A stretch of 64,000 bases of DNA from the NCBI GenBank assembly GCA_976551045.1, contig CDPCPM010000016.1, forward strand, positions 1,302,001 to 1,366,000. The letters run 5' to 3'. The translations under genes and the position numbers were made by a program. Below are positions 1 to 12,720 of the stretch, piece by piece (positions within the stretch are counted from its first letter, which is position 1; every line of letters begins with the position of its first letter). The notes beneath the pieces were generated by a model. It saw only the letters and a program-made list of their open reading frames with translations, was not told where the DNA came from and did not search any database. Origin of the DNA: Glaucostegus cemiculus (lineage: Eukaryota).

Positions 1-31
1 ATTGCTGAATCCATTCACTCCAATAGACTTC
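1..31 (-). other. Possible start of exon 2 of the same gene, truncated by the window edge
   Basis: Acceptor-like catatttgatttcAG|GAAGTC (AG at 33-32), then TGA ATG GAT TCA GCA AT (M-D-S-A-I/M). Too short to identify. Confidence 0.3.
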
Positions 32-2472
32 CTGAAATCAAATATGTAATCCAAAACCACTGGTATAAAAAATTTGAATCATACAATTAGCACACATTGC
101 AGATTTCAACAATATAACTTAGACTAAACTCACATCACCCATTGCTTGCACAATATCTACCTATCAGGACAAGGAAACAAAATTTAATTTCTAACCATCA
201 GCAAACAGGCTGTTATAATGATCAAGCAGTATCCAAACTTACTTCACCCTAAAGATTATTTCTGATTTTTTTTATATAAAGACACAATTATACAATTGTT
301 TGGATTACCTTAACAAGCAAAGTAAGACAAGAAGATGCATTATGATGTAAATTTTATTAGGATAATTCAAACAAGAAAATCCATATTTATGCATTAATAG
401 GAATTAACTTCCCATGGAGTTCACAGTGATGTCACTGTATGAACCCAACTGAGACCAAGAGTTATGACTTATCTCCATGAATCATTATTACAATACAAAA
501 AGTATTTTCAGCAAAACAAACATAGCTCCCAAGATTCACCAAAGAACCACAAAGACAACAATTCTGATTTACGTAGTTTCATTATTATGGTTAAACAATC
601 CATAGCATATCTCAGGGGTATTATCAAACAAAACCTCTGACACCTACACACAAAATTGAAAGTTGGCCAATGATTTAAACATCTTAAAAGGAAAAAGTAG
701 GCAGATAAGGTTACATTGCTGGAACAGATTATAGAAAAAGAATTTAGGAAAAAAGACAAGCTGTTGCTCAACTAGGAGCTAACACAGTTTGTAATAAAAG
801 GTTTAAGGAATTGATGCAAGTTAGGATGCAGACAGCAGAGTGGAAGATGGGAGGCTAATTAAAAGTGGATTGCAAAAATCAAGTCTACAAATAATGGATG
901 GGGAGAAGGATAGAATCATTAGCTTGTGAACGGAGATATGAATTACATTTCATGACTAGATGATAATCAGGTCATCTGTTTCTTGGTCGACAGCATTCAC
1001 AGCAATGACTTTGGAAAACTCTGCTCATCTAATACTGAAAGTCAGACAAGCACCCTGAGAATTTAGTAAGTGTGCAGGGGTCAAGAAAACTGGTGAAGAG
1101 AAGGCACTTGATAGACTTTTCATAATTGTTAAAGGTCAACATTTAAAAAACTGCAAGGGAAGTGTAAAAATAGAAGTGTAAAGACACAAACAATAACAAC
1201 AGATAGGTTTGTCAGACTCGAGAGTAGTTAGTTGCTGGATTACATGAATGCCCTTTGCATGGGTGGTATAGATGGAAGCCACATAGCGTAAATTCAGTTA
1301 AATCAACGGAGTCATTTAGAAGAGTTACAATAAAAGAGATTTCAGACAACTTTTTGAATGCAGTAATTAAATGACTGAAAAAGTACTGTCAAATTCTAAA
1401 AAGGGCAATATTCTTTCACACTAACCTACACTGATATCAATGCATCTATTAACAATGCACTAAAAACTAAAAGTTTAATTCCAGATTTAGTAAGGGCGAA
1501 TAACTTGCAACGCACTACAGTAATGCTATCTGCAGAAATACAACAGCTGAAACCTGCAATAGTCCATTAACCAAATATAAATGCCAGTACATCTGATTTT
1601 CCCCATCTCCTTCCCTCCCTAGTAACCACATATTTGTACTTACATTACATTTCTGCATGCAGCTAGGTAAAGACAGACCAAAACCCAACTACAACTGCTC
1701 CAAAGAACTACAGATCATACATGCACATGCCCCACATGCTCAATTTCACCCCAAATTATTTGGTAATCATGGGGATTCCAATCAGAGAAGAGCACAGCCA
1801 AATATTTGGATACAGTGCAAACTTCCTCGAATCATCACATCTGCAAAGCAGCGGCAGCGTCTTCCCATGCAACATTTGCCCAGATCTTTGAGCCATCATT
1901 AGCCCATTTACAAATCCTTGTTTATTGCAATATCACCGCAGGATCCATGTAACCATATAACAGCGCCGGAGACCAGCTTTGATCTATTCTGCTCATCTCA
2001 GGCAACGAGAAATGCCACTGTGGCAAAACGAGATCAATACATTGCCATCCTTCTTTGCCTGTGCCAAGACCTGCAGCATCGCCAATGTCCTGCAGACTAT
2101 AAATGCGCCCAGAATTAAATCACACTGTTTGGATTCAACCCCGGCAGAAATGGGCAGAAGTTAAGTTTACATAAACACACATAATATTAAGTAAAGGCTG
2201 GAGTGATTGGGTAAGGGGTGGGAAAAACGGGTGCATAATACCACGCAGCTACACTGGGTAACTGGCACGAAGCCATCTCTTCTTATGCGTGCCAAAAGCC
2301 TACTTAATGTACTTTCCCCGGAGTAATTTCTGCAATAATTTCCAGCTAGCACAGCTCAAAAATAAAACGGCTTGCTCCGGTTCTCCTCACACAACGCCTT
2401 ATAATCACTACTTTCCTTCCCACTCCAGGGATGGAGCAGAGGAGTAGGGTGGACGAGGAGAAAACCCCTTAC

Positions 2473-2700
2473 CTGCGACTGTTTATTTCTCCCTGAAGTC
2501 TCCCGTTGAACCCGGCGGCGCCCTATGGATCTAGTTTCCCATATATTCGCGTGCCCCACACATTAGTTTCCTCCGGGCTGGTGGCTAACGGTGCTGCGCT
2601 CCGGCTCTGCACCCCTCCCAAGTCGCTCCACCAGAAACTGTGCGCGATCCCGCACCGGGAATCCGCCTCGCCCGCATCCTCATTGGACGAGGCGCCGCGT
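2473..2700 (-). other. Putative non-coding first exon of an unidentified gene (5' boundary approximate)
   Basis: Strong donor CAG|GTAAGG on the minus strand (plus CCTTACCTG 2467-2475) just downstream of the CpG island. The only ATG in it is closed at once (ATG GGA AAC TAG). Confidence 0.6.
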
Positions 2701-2830
2701 GATTGACAGCCGGCGCGGTCGCGGGAACTGTAGTCACAGAAAGAGGCAGCTGGCAGCACATGAGCTCAGTCAAGAACGACGCCCCCTCGCCTTTCGCTGC
2801 TCCGGGAGGCGGTGGGTAGGACGTCATTAT
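2480..2830. promoter_or_regulatory. CpG-island promoter, probably of a minus-strand gene (possibly bidirectional)
   Basis: Only CpG-dense stretch in the window. Contains GGGAACTGTAGTC at ~2723-2735 (reverse complement GACTACAGTTCCC, the ACTACAnnTCCC ZNF143/THAP11-associated motif), ATTGG (CCAAT box) ~2682, TGATTGACAG (Pbx-Prep decamer) 2700-2709, GACGTCA (CRE-like) ~2820 and GC boxes. Confidence 0.85.
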
Positions 2831-3011
2831 GGATGCACCAATAGTGCCTCCCCTCCCCTCCCACCTTCCCTAGTTATCGGATGTTCTTCTGCAATCATGT
2901 AGGTCAGAACTAAACGTGTTAATAGGCAATACTGACATTTTGTGGAAGTGTTTTTCATTTTGCAAAGAGCAAAGATCCTGTTCAGAGTGGCTGCTTTTGC
3001 AGACTCCTTGG

Positions 3012-3030
3012 CAGCACCATCTTGTGGCAA
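3012..3030 (-). promoter_or_regulatory. CTCF-like site
   Basis: Minus strand reads TTGCCACAAGATGGTGCTG, close to the CCASYAGRKGGCRS consensus, next to the promoter. Confidence 0.55.
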
Positions 3031-4399
3031 CAGCATGCACGAACAGTTTTATTGATAATGACATTTGGTGAGAATGATTTATGTTTGCAGTACTGTTGTT
3101 CTCAATCTACCTTTAATTGGCTGATATGAGTACTGTTATTTGAAAGGGCGAACACATTTTTTTTAAATCTGATAAAATGACATAGACCTGAAATGTTAAC
3201 TTAATCCTTTTGCAATCTCTGTAGTTGCTCTCTACTGAATATTTACAGCATTTATTTAAATTTTCATTTCATACCTCCCTCCTGTGTTTTCTTTCCAACA
3301 GATTAAACATTTTTCCACCGAAGTGTAAAATGTAAAAGACACCATTTTAGCCACAATGAAGTTGCTTTTGTAAACTTTTATCATCGCAGTAGGGTTTCAA
3401 CAATAAAAACGGTACACATGCATAAAATACAGAGCAATGTTGTGGAGTGAAATGCTAATCTCAACTAAAATAAAAAAAATCTCTGAATTATATCAAAACA
3501 CTTTAAACGTTCTCTTCTTTGAGAGTAATCCTATTATCCATAAGTCGGATTTGTACCTTAGTTCCATGCATCCATTCCTGAGCGAATGGAGTTTTAATTA
3601 CCAAATGCCCCCATTTGTGCGATGTACTGTAGCCACATTAATCATCTCTCTAGTACATAGCACAGCCCACCGCTGTGGGTTTCAACCCTGATGCTGAATC
3701 TGATTAGTGCACAACATCTGGGTCGGCTTTGCTCTATGTACCCTGGACTAGACTGGAGCTCTGATCCCATTTTGGCTTTGTTCTGTTTGATGTATTGCAT
3801 TTTGGTTCTGCTTTCATGACAATCCTTCCAGTTAGGCACTGTGATTAGTTAACGAAAGGTAGCAGGTTTCTGTCTGTACCTTCTTGCAATTTCAAGTCCA
3901 ATATTATTTTTTGCCTGCTGGAATTCAGTTGCAGCGTCAGAATCAGTAATACTGTTTCAGGGGATGTTCAGAACTTTTGCAGATGCTTAAATCCCTTGTG
4001 AAAATACAGAATACTTCGTGCAAATCTCCCAATTCCAAAACTATCATCTCTACTTTTATTTTTATTGAATGAATTTGTGAGGTTTGGCATACTACCAAAA
4101 TAAGTTTTCATGCGTTTCAGAGAGCAGTGCCCTCTTATATTATTTATCACATACAAAAGAAAAATCAATTGCCATACCACAACCCACAGAGTCATGAAAA
4201 AGTATAGTTGTCAGGGCAAAAATATTTGGAACACAGCATGAAAAAGTAATTTTCTCTATATCTTAAATTCAAACATTATTTATATTTTTATATAAATTCC
4301 TATGTCCAAATTTATAATACAGATCGATGTGATCAGCCACTTCCACAACAGAAACAACCGAGAGCCCCGTGGTATTTGCAAAATATCACAATCTCCAAT

Positions 4400-4830
4400 C
4401 CTCTTCTCCCCTCAAGTCTTTGAACACACTGTAGTCTCCCAACTTTGTTCCCTAGCCATGGGCTCCACCCGAAGGTACAGATAGAACCCAGCTATTTTTA
4501 ACATTCCACCTTAAAAATGACCTGAAATTGATCTAGATATCTACCCCATGACGATCCTTGCTATCATCAAACTGCTTATTTCAATTTTCTTAACGTTGCC
4601 AGACTCCACTCTTGTCATCTGTCATTGAAGCCCTCTAAATGTGCACTTCCGTTTGACTGCCTGGTTCTACGCTCTAAAACTGACCTCTTCCAAAACTCTG
4701 GCTGTCCATGTCCTAACTCAAATCAAATTCTGTCCACCCATTAGCCCTGTGCTTGCTCGCCTACTTTGGGTCACAGTCAGCAAACCTCAAATTTTAAATT
4801 TTCATCCTTGCTTTAAAATCTTCACTTGCT
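4400..4830 (+). mobile_element. L2-type LINE ORF2 C-terminal remnant
   Basis: Translated pieces (..LAVHVLTQIKFCPPISPVLARLLWVTV.. and ..FKIFILALKSS) resemble the L2 motif QNSAARILT..PITPVLADLHWLPV..FKILIL. Confidence 0.6.
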
Positions 4831-4869
4831 TTCTTGCATTCTTGCTTTCACTTGGAAGAAAATGTGGAC

Positions 4870-6105
4870 GGGTGGATTAGTAATTTGCAGACGATACAAA
4901 GATTGGTGGCATTGTGGACAGCGTAGAAGATTGCCAAAGGATACAATGGGATATAGATCATTTGCAGGAATGGGCCGTAGTATAGCGGTTAGCGTAAAGC
5001 TTTACAGCGCCAGCGACGGAGGTTCAAATCCGGCCACTGTCTGTAAGGAGTTTTTACGTTCTCCCCATGTCTGCATGGGTTTCCTCGAGTGCTCTAGTTT
5101 CCGCCCTCTTTCCAAAGACATATGGGTTAGTAAGTTGTGGGCATGCTATGTTGGTGCCGGAAGTGTGACAACACTTGCAGGTTGCCTCCAGATGACTCGA
5201 CGCAAAAGATGCATTTCACTGTATGTTTCAATGTACACGTGACTAATAAAGACATCTTATAAAAACAAAGGTAAATGGAGCTTAATCCGGCCAAGTGTGA
5301 CGTGTTGCACTTTGGGAGATCAGATATAAAAGGACAGTACACAGTTAATGGCAAGACCCTTAACACTGTTGATATATAGAAGAATCTTGGGGTCCAAGTC
5401 CATAGCTCCCTGAAAGTGACTACACAGGTTGATAGGGTGGTAAAGAAGGCATATGGCATACTTGCCTTTATTAGTTAAGGCACTGAGTTCAAAAGTCAGG
5501 AAGTTATGTTGCAGATTTATAAAACTCTAGTTATGGCACATCTGGTGTATTGCATTCAATTCTGGGCACCCCTTTATAGGAAGGATGTGGAGGCTTTGGA
5601 GAGGGTACAGAAGAGGTTTACCAGAATGCTGCCTAGATTAGAGGGTATGAGCTATAAGGAAAGGTTGGACAAACTTGGGGTTGTTTTCTCTGGAATGGCA
5701 GAGGCTGAGGGGATACCTGATAGAAGTTTATAAGATTATGAGAGGCATAGATAGGGTAGACAGCCGGTATCTTTTTTGCAGGGTCAAAATTTTTAATATC
5801 AGAGATCATGCAAGGGCATGCTTTAAAGGTGAGAGGGGGTAAGTTCAAAGGAGATGTGTGGGGCAAGTTTTTAAACACAGAGAGTGGTGGGTGCCTGGAA
5901 TGTGCTGCCAGGGGAGGCAAATATGATAGAGGCATTTAAGAGACTCTTAGATAGGCACATGAATATGCAGAGAATAGAAGGATATGGATATTGTGTGGGC
6001 AGAAGGGATTAGTTTAATTAAGCCTCTAATTACTAGTTCAGTTCAACACAAGATCGTGGGCCGAAGGGCCTGTCCCTGTGCTGTACCATTCTATCTTCTA
6101 TGTTC
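4870..6105 (+). mobile_element. CR1 LINE 3' portion (RT C-terminus and 3' UTR), interrupted by a SINE
   Basis: Peptide LQIYKTLVMAHLVYCIQFWAPLYRKDVEALERVQKRFTRMLP; CR1 3' hairpin GGGCCGAAGGGCCTGT followed by a (TTCTA)-type tail; frameshifts. Confidence 0.92.
4972..5260 (+). mobile_element. tRNA-derived SINE inserted in CR1
   Basis: A box TAGTATAGCGG, B box GGTTCAAATCC, central domain GGGTTTCCTC..GTGCTC..GTTTCC, AATAAA and tail. Confidence 0.88.
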
Positions 6106-6188
6106 CTTCCATTGTCTCAGCCCTGCATTTTTCTGGAATCTCTTACAATGCTATAATACAGAGATATCACAGCTTCTCTATTTCAGGC

Positions 6189-6349
6189 CTTATGAAATTT
6201 ATGTGAAAAATGTAAATAAATAATAACAAATTTTAGTTTCAACTTATATTTTTTGTTGCATGCAGAGATGTAGCTTCACATTACAGAAAATTTGCAATAA
6301 AGACCAGTTTCTAGGAACACAACCTCCCATAACATGGGGGTTGCCTGTA
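6189..6349 (+). mobile_element. Tigger/pogo-like DNA transposon end
   Basis: Ends ..CTAGGAACACAACCTCCCATAACATGGGGGTTGCCTG|TA; homologous to copies at 8090-8290, 9620-9782 and ~20600-20665. Confidence 0.55.
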
Positions 6350-6589
6350 TTACTATGGGTTACATTTCAGAAGTAGTTCATAAACTTCGACGACAAGAAA
6401 GGCAACATCTAAGTGCAAGTTTTCTTTTTGTAATGCTGTGATTATACCACTTTGCCAGTGTAGAGCAAATCTGGAAAATATATGTAGTGTGATATACTGT
6501 TATAAACAATATTTATACAATGGACATAAACATTTATTTTACAAATCTTGACAAGGAAGTGTGTGCTGAATTGATCTCTCTCATATTGT

Positions 6590-7570
6590 GTACCGGGAGT
6601 CTTGGTGTAGCTCAGGGGTCATTGCTGGGCCCATTGTTTGTCATCTATATGAATGATTTGGATAAGAATGTACAAGACATGGTTAGTAGGTTTACAAATG
6701 ACAGTGAAATAGTTGGTATTGTGGACAGCAAACAAGGTTATCAAAATTGAGAGCAATTTTGATCAGCTAGGTAAGTGGCAAATGTTGGTTAATTCAGATA
6801 AGTGCGAGGTGTTGCATTTTGGAAAGTCAAATCAAGGTAGGACTTCCACAATGAGTGGCAGGGCCTTGGGGAGTGTTGTGGAACAGAGGGACTTTGGAGT
6901 ACATGTTTCCCTGAAAGTAGAGTCACTGCTAGACAGGGTGGAGAAAAAGGCTTTTGACATGCTGACCTTCATCAGTCATGGCATTGAGTATAGAAGTTGG
7001 GAAATCACAGTGTGGTTATACAGGACTTTGGTGAGGCCGCACTTGGAGTATTGTGTTCAGTATTGGTCCCCCTGCAATATGAAAGATGTTGTTAAACTGG
7101 AAAGAGGACAGAAACGACTTATAAGGATGTTGCCAAGTCTTGAGGGACTGAGGCCTCAGGAGAGGTTGGACTGGCTAGGATTTTATTCCTTGGAGCGTAG
7201 GCAACTGAGAGGTGTTCTTAGAGAGGTGTATAAGATCATAAGGGACATGGATAGAGTGAATGCACTCAGTCTTTCTCCCAGGGTTAGAGAATCAAGAACT
7301 GGAGGGCATAGGTTTACGGTGAGAGGGGAAAGATTTAATAGGAATTTGAGGGGCAACTTTTCACACAAAGGGTGGTATGAACGTGGAATGAGCTGCCAAA
7401 AGAAGTGGTTGATTCAGGTACAATAACAACTTTTAAGAGATAGTTAGATAGGTAGATGGATTGGAAAGGTTTTGAAGGTTATGAGCCTAATGCTGGCAAA
7501 TGGGACTATCTTGGCCGACTTGGACCAATTGGGCCGAAGGGCCTGTTTCTGTGTGGTATAACTCTATGAA
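6590..7570 (+). mobile_element. CR1 LINE 3' portion (degenerate RT)
   Basis: GVAQGSLLGPLFVIYMNDLD..FTND motif and ORF 6713-7426 (LYRTLVRPHLEYCVQYWSP..); terminal GGGCCGAAGGGCCTGTTTC..ACTCTATGA. Confidence 0.93.
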
Positions 7571-7769
7571 TCAAAATCAAAATGTGGTTTTTGAGATAAC
7601 TCTGTTTGGAGGATGGGGTGAATAACTAAACCTAGGTATTGGGATGTTAAAAGAAAATGTTTTATTAAATTACTTTGTTAGGATACTGCTATACTCAGTG
7701 CACACTGTAGCTACATTATAGTGGTAGTGGAATGAATGCATGTTTAAGTTGTTGAATGAGAAGGATCAC

Positions 7770-8430
7770 ACATGAAAACATACAACTTAGAAGCAAGAGC
7801 AAGCTACTTGGCTCATCAGTAAGACAACAGCTGATCTGATGAGAACTTCAACTATGCATTACTAGCTACCCCTAGTAACCTTTCACCACCTTGCATATCA
7901 AGAATTGATCTACTTCTGCCATAAAACTATTCAAAGGCTCTGCTTCCACTGCCCCTTTTGAAGAAGAGAGTTCCAAAGACCATTGAATATCTGAGAACTT
8001 TTTTTTCCCTTATCTCTGTCTTAAATGGGCAACCCCCTATTTTTAAACAGTTGCCCCTAGTTCTAAATTTTCCACGTATTTTTTCATAATACAGGTGACC
8101 TCCGCGTAACATGGGCTTGCGTTCCTAGAAAACAGTCTGTATCGAGATTTTCTGTGACTTTGCATATGTAATGAAATACAAATCAAGAAAAATAAATGGT
8201 TTTTTTTCACATAAATTTCGTAAGAGCAAAAATCTCATATTTTTTGGTAGTGATTTGTGAATTCTGTAGGGGTACAATTCCCTCATACTGATCCGGTCTA
8301 ATAACACCAAGGTCATCTGTGTACTTTTTCACGTTTTCCCCAAATGACATTCCATTTGCTAGATCTTTGCCCACTCAGTTAACCTACCCATATCCCTGAG
8401 CAGCCACCTCACGTCCTCTTCACAATTTCA
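7770..8430 (-). mobile_element. Old CR1 3' fragments, interrupted by a transposon end
   Basis: Minus peptide FRTRGNCLKIGGCPFKTEIREK is typical of the CR1 ORF2 end; CR1-like sequence resumes at ~8310-8430. Confidence 0.65.
8090..8290 (-). mobile_element. Tigger/pogo-like transposon end (opposite orientation)
   Basis: TA|CAGGTGACCTCCGCGTAACATGGG..GTTCCTAGAAAA is the reverse complement of the 6189-6349 and 9620-9782 ends. Confidence 0.55.
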
Positions 8431-9395
8431 GATGATTGGCCTCTGACAACAACTTACTTCCTTTGTGCGGCCAGTAGTGAGCTTAACCATGCTGCTCGTG
8501 GGCTATTTATTTATTTACTTATTATCACTGACTAATTAATGTAATGTTTGTTCAAATGCTAACCCAATGACAAGGCAGCTAGATACACTATCTGGTTCCA
8601 TATTTTATTCCTATGTTGTGCATTTTAATAAAATATCTGGACAAAGTGGCCTTTCTTCTGATTCTTTCTAGATGGACCAGCTTTTGAGGCCAATACTATT
8701 ACCTTACAGGGAAAAAAGAATTCAATATAATTCAAGCAAGACACTTTTGCAGCGCAGTCAAATATGTATTCTTTTCAACACAGCCTTCCACCTGTTCATT
8801 TCTTTGCATTCCTCCACAGACATCTATACAGTACACCAGAAACAACATTTAATGTGCCCACATTTGTTCAACCAGTAGTTTTAGCTATAGGTATAATTAT
8901 GGAATCTCCCGCCCACACACCTCTTCATCTATTCACTGAATTACACTTAAGATCGCCCACAGTCACACATTTGAAATGCAAATGCATTGTCACAGGTACG
9001 CTATCATACATTTAATTATAATCTATGCAAGAAGATAAATTTTGACACAATTGAAGAAGTTACTGCATAAATCACAGATCATATTAATGTTTTGTACTGC
9101 AATAGAAAATCAATACACTTTCAATCCCATGCCTTATAATAGTTTCAAACGTCAATAGTAATATTTATCTGTAATGGTAAAAATCTGTCAATATGTATTA
9201 GTCCTATTAATAGTATGACTAATATTCTTTGCTTAAGGAGGTCCTCCTATCTTTAGCAAACAAACGGGAACATAAAATTAGAATTCAACTCAATTTATAC
9301 TTTGTTTCCTTATAATTCAATGAGATATTTGCTGACAATTTGAGTGCAAAATACTAATTTTCTGAATTTTAACCTAACAGTCAGCAAATGTGCAC

Positions 9396-9782
9396 TACAG
9401 GTCCTTCCCAAATTACAAGTGCCCAACTTATGTACAGCCTATTCATGTGAATGAGTGTTTGGGAGATCAGTGGGATGGATTTGTCATCTGCTGCAGGGCA
9501 GCAGGCATCTTCTGCCACGTAGGAACTCAGTTCGGGGCAATATCTGAATGGTTGAGTTTAATCCCTGGCTTAGCTGCACGTTCACAAACCACTGCCTAGA
9601 AATTTAAGATACGGAATAATAGTCGCTCTCACAGAATTTATGTGAAAAAAGAGTAAATAAAAAGCACAGTATTTTTTTCAACTCATGTTTCTTGATTCAC
9701 GTGGCTTTGTGTTTTACAGAAAACCGTGATACAGCCCATGTTCCAGGAACACAATGCCCCCATAACTCAGGGGTAATCTGTA
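9396..9782. mobile_element. Tigger/pogo-like MITE
   Basis: Starts TA|CAGGTCCTTCCCAAATTACAA and ends GGGGTAATCTG|TA, giving TA target duplications and CAG..CTG termini. Confidence 0.5.
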
Positions 9783-12189
9783 CTTAGTAATGGAACGACT
9801 TTTACTGTAAAGGATATATCATACAGAAATCATAAAATGTTGATCTGAGGACAAAGTGAGAACTGGAGGAAAGCATGGCAGTACCAGATAAACATGACAT
9901 TGATATGTTCTTTCAGTCTGACATCAATGAGTGTGCAGTCATTCCTGTCCCAGCCTTTTCAACACTGCCAACCACCATAAAGCAATAAATATTACTGATT
10001 ACTTCTTCTGATGATTTACAGGAAAAGGCATATCCAACATGCCCTCTCCTAGCATGTACAATTAACAACTTTCATATAAATGTGAAAAGCCTTGATAGAT
10101 TCAAAGGAAAAGAACAGATAAATTACCTGAAGTAGATGTTCTTTACTTTCTGCTGAGAGAGGGTGGAAGGAGATTTGTTACCCACTGTCAGTTATCATAA
10201 GGAAGTAGCGGTACATTAAGCAGGCAATTTTCCAATTTGGTATCATATTCAAAAAGAATAATGTAAACACAAATAATGATAAGCTCAATAGTTTTACTTT
10301 CATTTCCAGAGATATAATGAAATTGATTTTTAAGTGTAAATTTGAAGAACATCTCAAATATTGTTAGCTAGTAAACAAAAGTCAACAGGATTCTGTTACA
10401 CAAGACCCTGTCACTGTAATCTTCACAATGCCTCTGAAGGAATGAATAACCTTATGTCTTCCCATAAACTGCCAATTGGTATCTCGTGTATCATTTTCCT
10501 TTTGGGTTATAATGTTATCCAGTTGCAATTTGTACAAGCTCCTAATAAACTCAACAAATTTAAAAGTGCGTCAGATGAACCTTCGATCTGCATTCATTTT
10601 GTTCCTTTGTTGACTGGGCCTCGACTTTCATCTGGGTTTAGATCTGATTTAATCCCATTTTGCAAAAATGTTTCTTAGGATAATTTATGAATTCACCATT
10701 TCATAGATAACCTTCTTAATAAGTGAATAACAATGGTCTTGCACAATTACCCATTGAATATATTCATTTTGATTCTTTGATGTCAATTAGGCTTCAGCTG
10801 GCTCTTTCAGCTATGTCAGAATCCTTCCTGCACATTATCTTTGATCATATTTTGTAAAGCTGAAGAACATTAATTAGGATGACAATTTGTAAATTTAATA
10901 TCCCCAGTGTTTTGCCCGTTCCCTAATGACTTCAACCCCATAATAATAAAACTCAAACATTAAGCATCTCTTAATTGGCTGTCTCCCTCAAACATTACAC
11001 AATGAGTCAATACACTAAATGGGCGCCCAGAATATCACACTGATTCTGGAGACAAAACAGTTGTAGTTGCCTTCAAAGCACATATTTAAATAGGTGTTCC
11101 TGATCACGCTGTAACCAATGTGGCCCCTGAAATGCAAGTGGTGTTCCCCAATCTATCAACTGCATTCTCACCAATCCATGTTATGGAAACATGTATAATG
11201 GCAGAACAACCCATACTGCTTGAGAACAATGATTGTTACTTCAGGCTGTCACTTCTTTAAGCACTCTGTCCTGTAACTAACTGCTCTCTAGGTTGCAACA
11301 AAATCTTGTAGAAGCTTCCAGTAAGGCAGTCTGTGAAGAGCCCTTGAATAATAACACATGCTTTGAACTTTGCATGATCTAGCTATATTCTGCCATGGAC
11401 TTAGTGGTTAAGAAACCACTGAGCTCATGTACTTTCAACTGGCAATGAGAATAGTGAAGAATCACACCATTAAATGTTACAAAGAAGATATCAAATGACT
11501 TTGTCACTGTATGTGTCATGAGTTTGAACTCACCATTAATCACAAGTCTGAGGTGCTGGCTTGGGTAAGAGAAAGAGAAAAGGGTAGTGAATGAAAACTT
11601 AAGGGCAGATAAAAAAGTCAGGCCTATAATTGTCAAAGTGGGAGGCAATTCACAACTCCTCAGAAATTGAGGAAGGACAATATTCAGGCATGGGATTATG
11701 GGAATGCTTTGCGAGCCAACATAAACCTGATGGGACAAATGGCTTCCTTCTATGTTGTGAGAAATATGGGAAATGCTGACCTAAAATTTTCCAAGCAACT
11801 TTGAATAAGATGATGCAGGGATCCAACATTGTTTGGAACATTCTGTTTGTAACAGCCATGGAGGGAGACAAACATTAGGCACTTGAGGAAGTGCTTAGAA
11901 GATAGTACCACCCTCCCTAAATATTACTGAGCTCGGATTGCTTCCAGGTATGATCCAATATTATGCTAGAGATCAACCTGACTGCTACAACATTTGCATC
12001 ACTCAGGAGCTAAGGTGTGCCACAATGGTGGGATAAGGACCAACAAAAATGTGTAATCGGTGCTAGAAGAGCCTCAGCAGTGAATCATTATTGGTGCATT
12101 ATGATACCCACTGAACTGGTTACAATACTTCCATTTATGGAGTTGGAGCAGTGATTAGCCACATCATGGACAGCAGGCCTGAGAAGGCT

Positions 12190-12720
12190 ATTACACACCC
12201 TGCCTCTCCCTGGACAAGACAGCTATCAAGTTTCCTTGGTCTTCATCTTTTACTCCACCAGTCTCTGAACCCAAACATATCATCCTCCGCCATTTCCACC
12301 AGCTCCAACATGAATACCACCACCATCATCTTCCCCTTTCCCCTCCTTTCTGCTTTCCACAGAGACCTCTCTCTTCATCTTTTCCCACCCACCTCTCCCT
12401 GTTCTCTGCAACTGTAGGAGGTATAACATGTCTCTACACCTCCTCCCTTACCACCATCCAGGGACCTTTACATCACTTCAAGGCAGAAATTCATCTGCAC
12501 CTCTTCCAACCTGGCCTATTGCATTCAGTGCTCACAATGTGGCCTCCTCTACTTTGGAGAAACCACGCTTGGTTTCTCCAGTGTTTTGTCCCCAACGGCA
12601 CTCTTGAGCTTCCAGTTGCATGTCACTTTAACTCTCCTTTCCACTCTCACACAATCCTGTCTGCCTTCAGTCTTCTCCATTGCCAGAGAGAGGCCAAGAG
12701 CAAACTGGAAAAACACATAA
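12190..12720 (+). mobile_element. Penelope-like element fragment (GIY-YIG endonuclease region)
   Basis: Translates FICTSSNLAYCIQCSQCGLLYFGET (GIY-YIG with CxxC) and LPVACHFNSPFHSH. Confidence 0.85.

Noticed and set aside
424-439. Palindrome ACAGTGA-TG-TCACTGT as a snoRNA or miRNA
   Set aside because: Only a 7-bp stem, with no C/D or H/ACA boxes or extended hairpin found.
2523-2902. Overlapping GC-rich ORFs in the CpG island
   Set aside because: Stop-codon depletion from high GC, mostly non-ATG starts, and no recognisable protein.
4972-5040. tRNA gene
   Set aside because: The A/B boxes continue into a SINE body and tail, with sister copies at 24 and 54 kb; no complete cloverleaf.
6713-7426. 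Longest ORF (237 aa) as a host gene
   Set aside because: It is a frameshifted CR1 ORF2 fragment.
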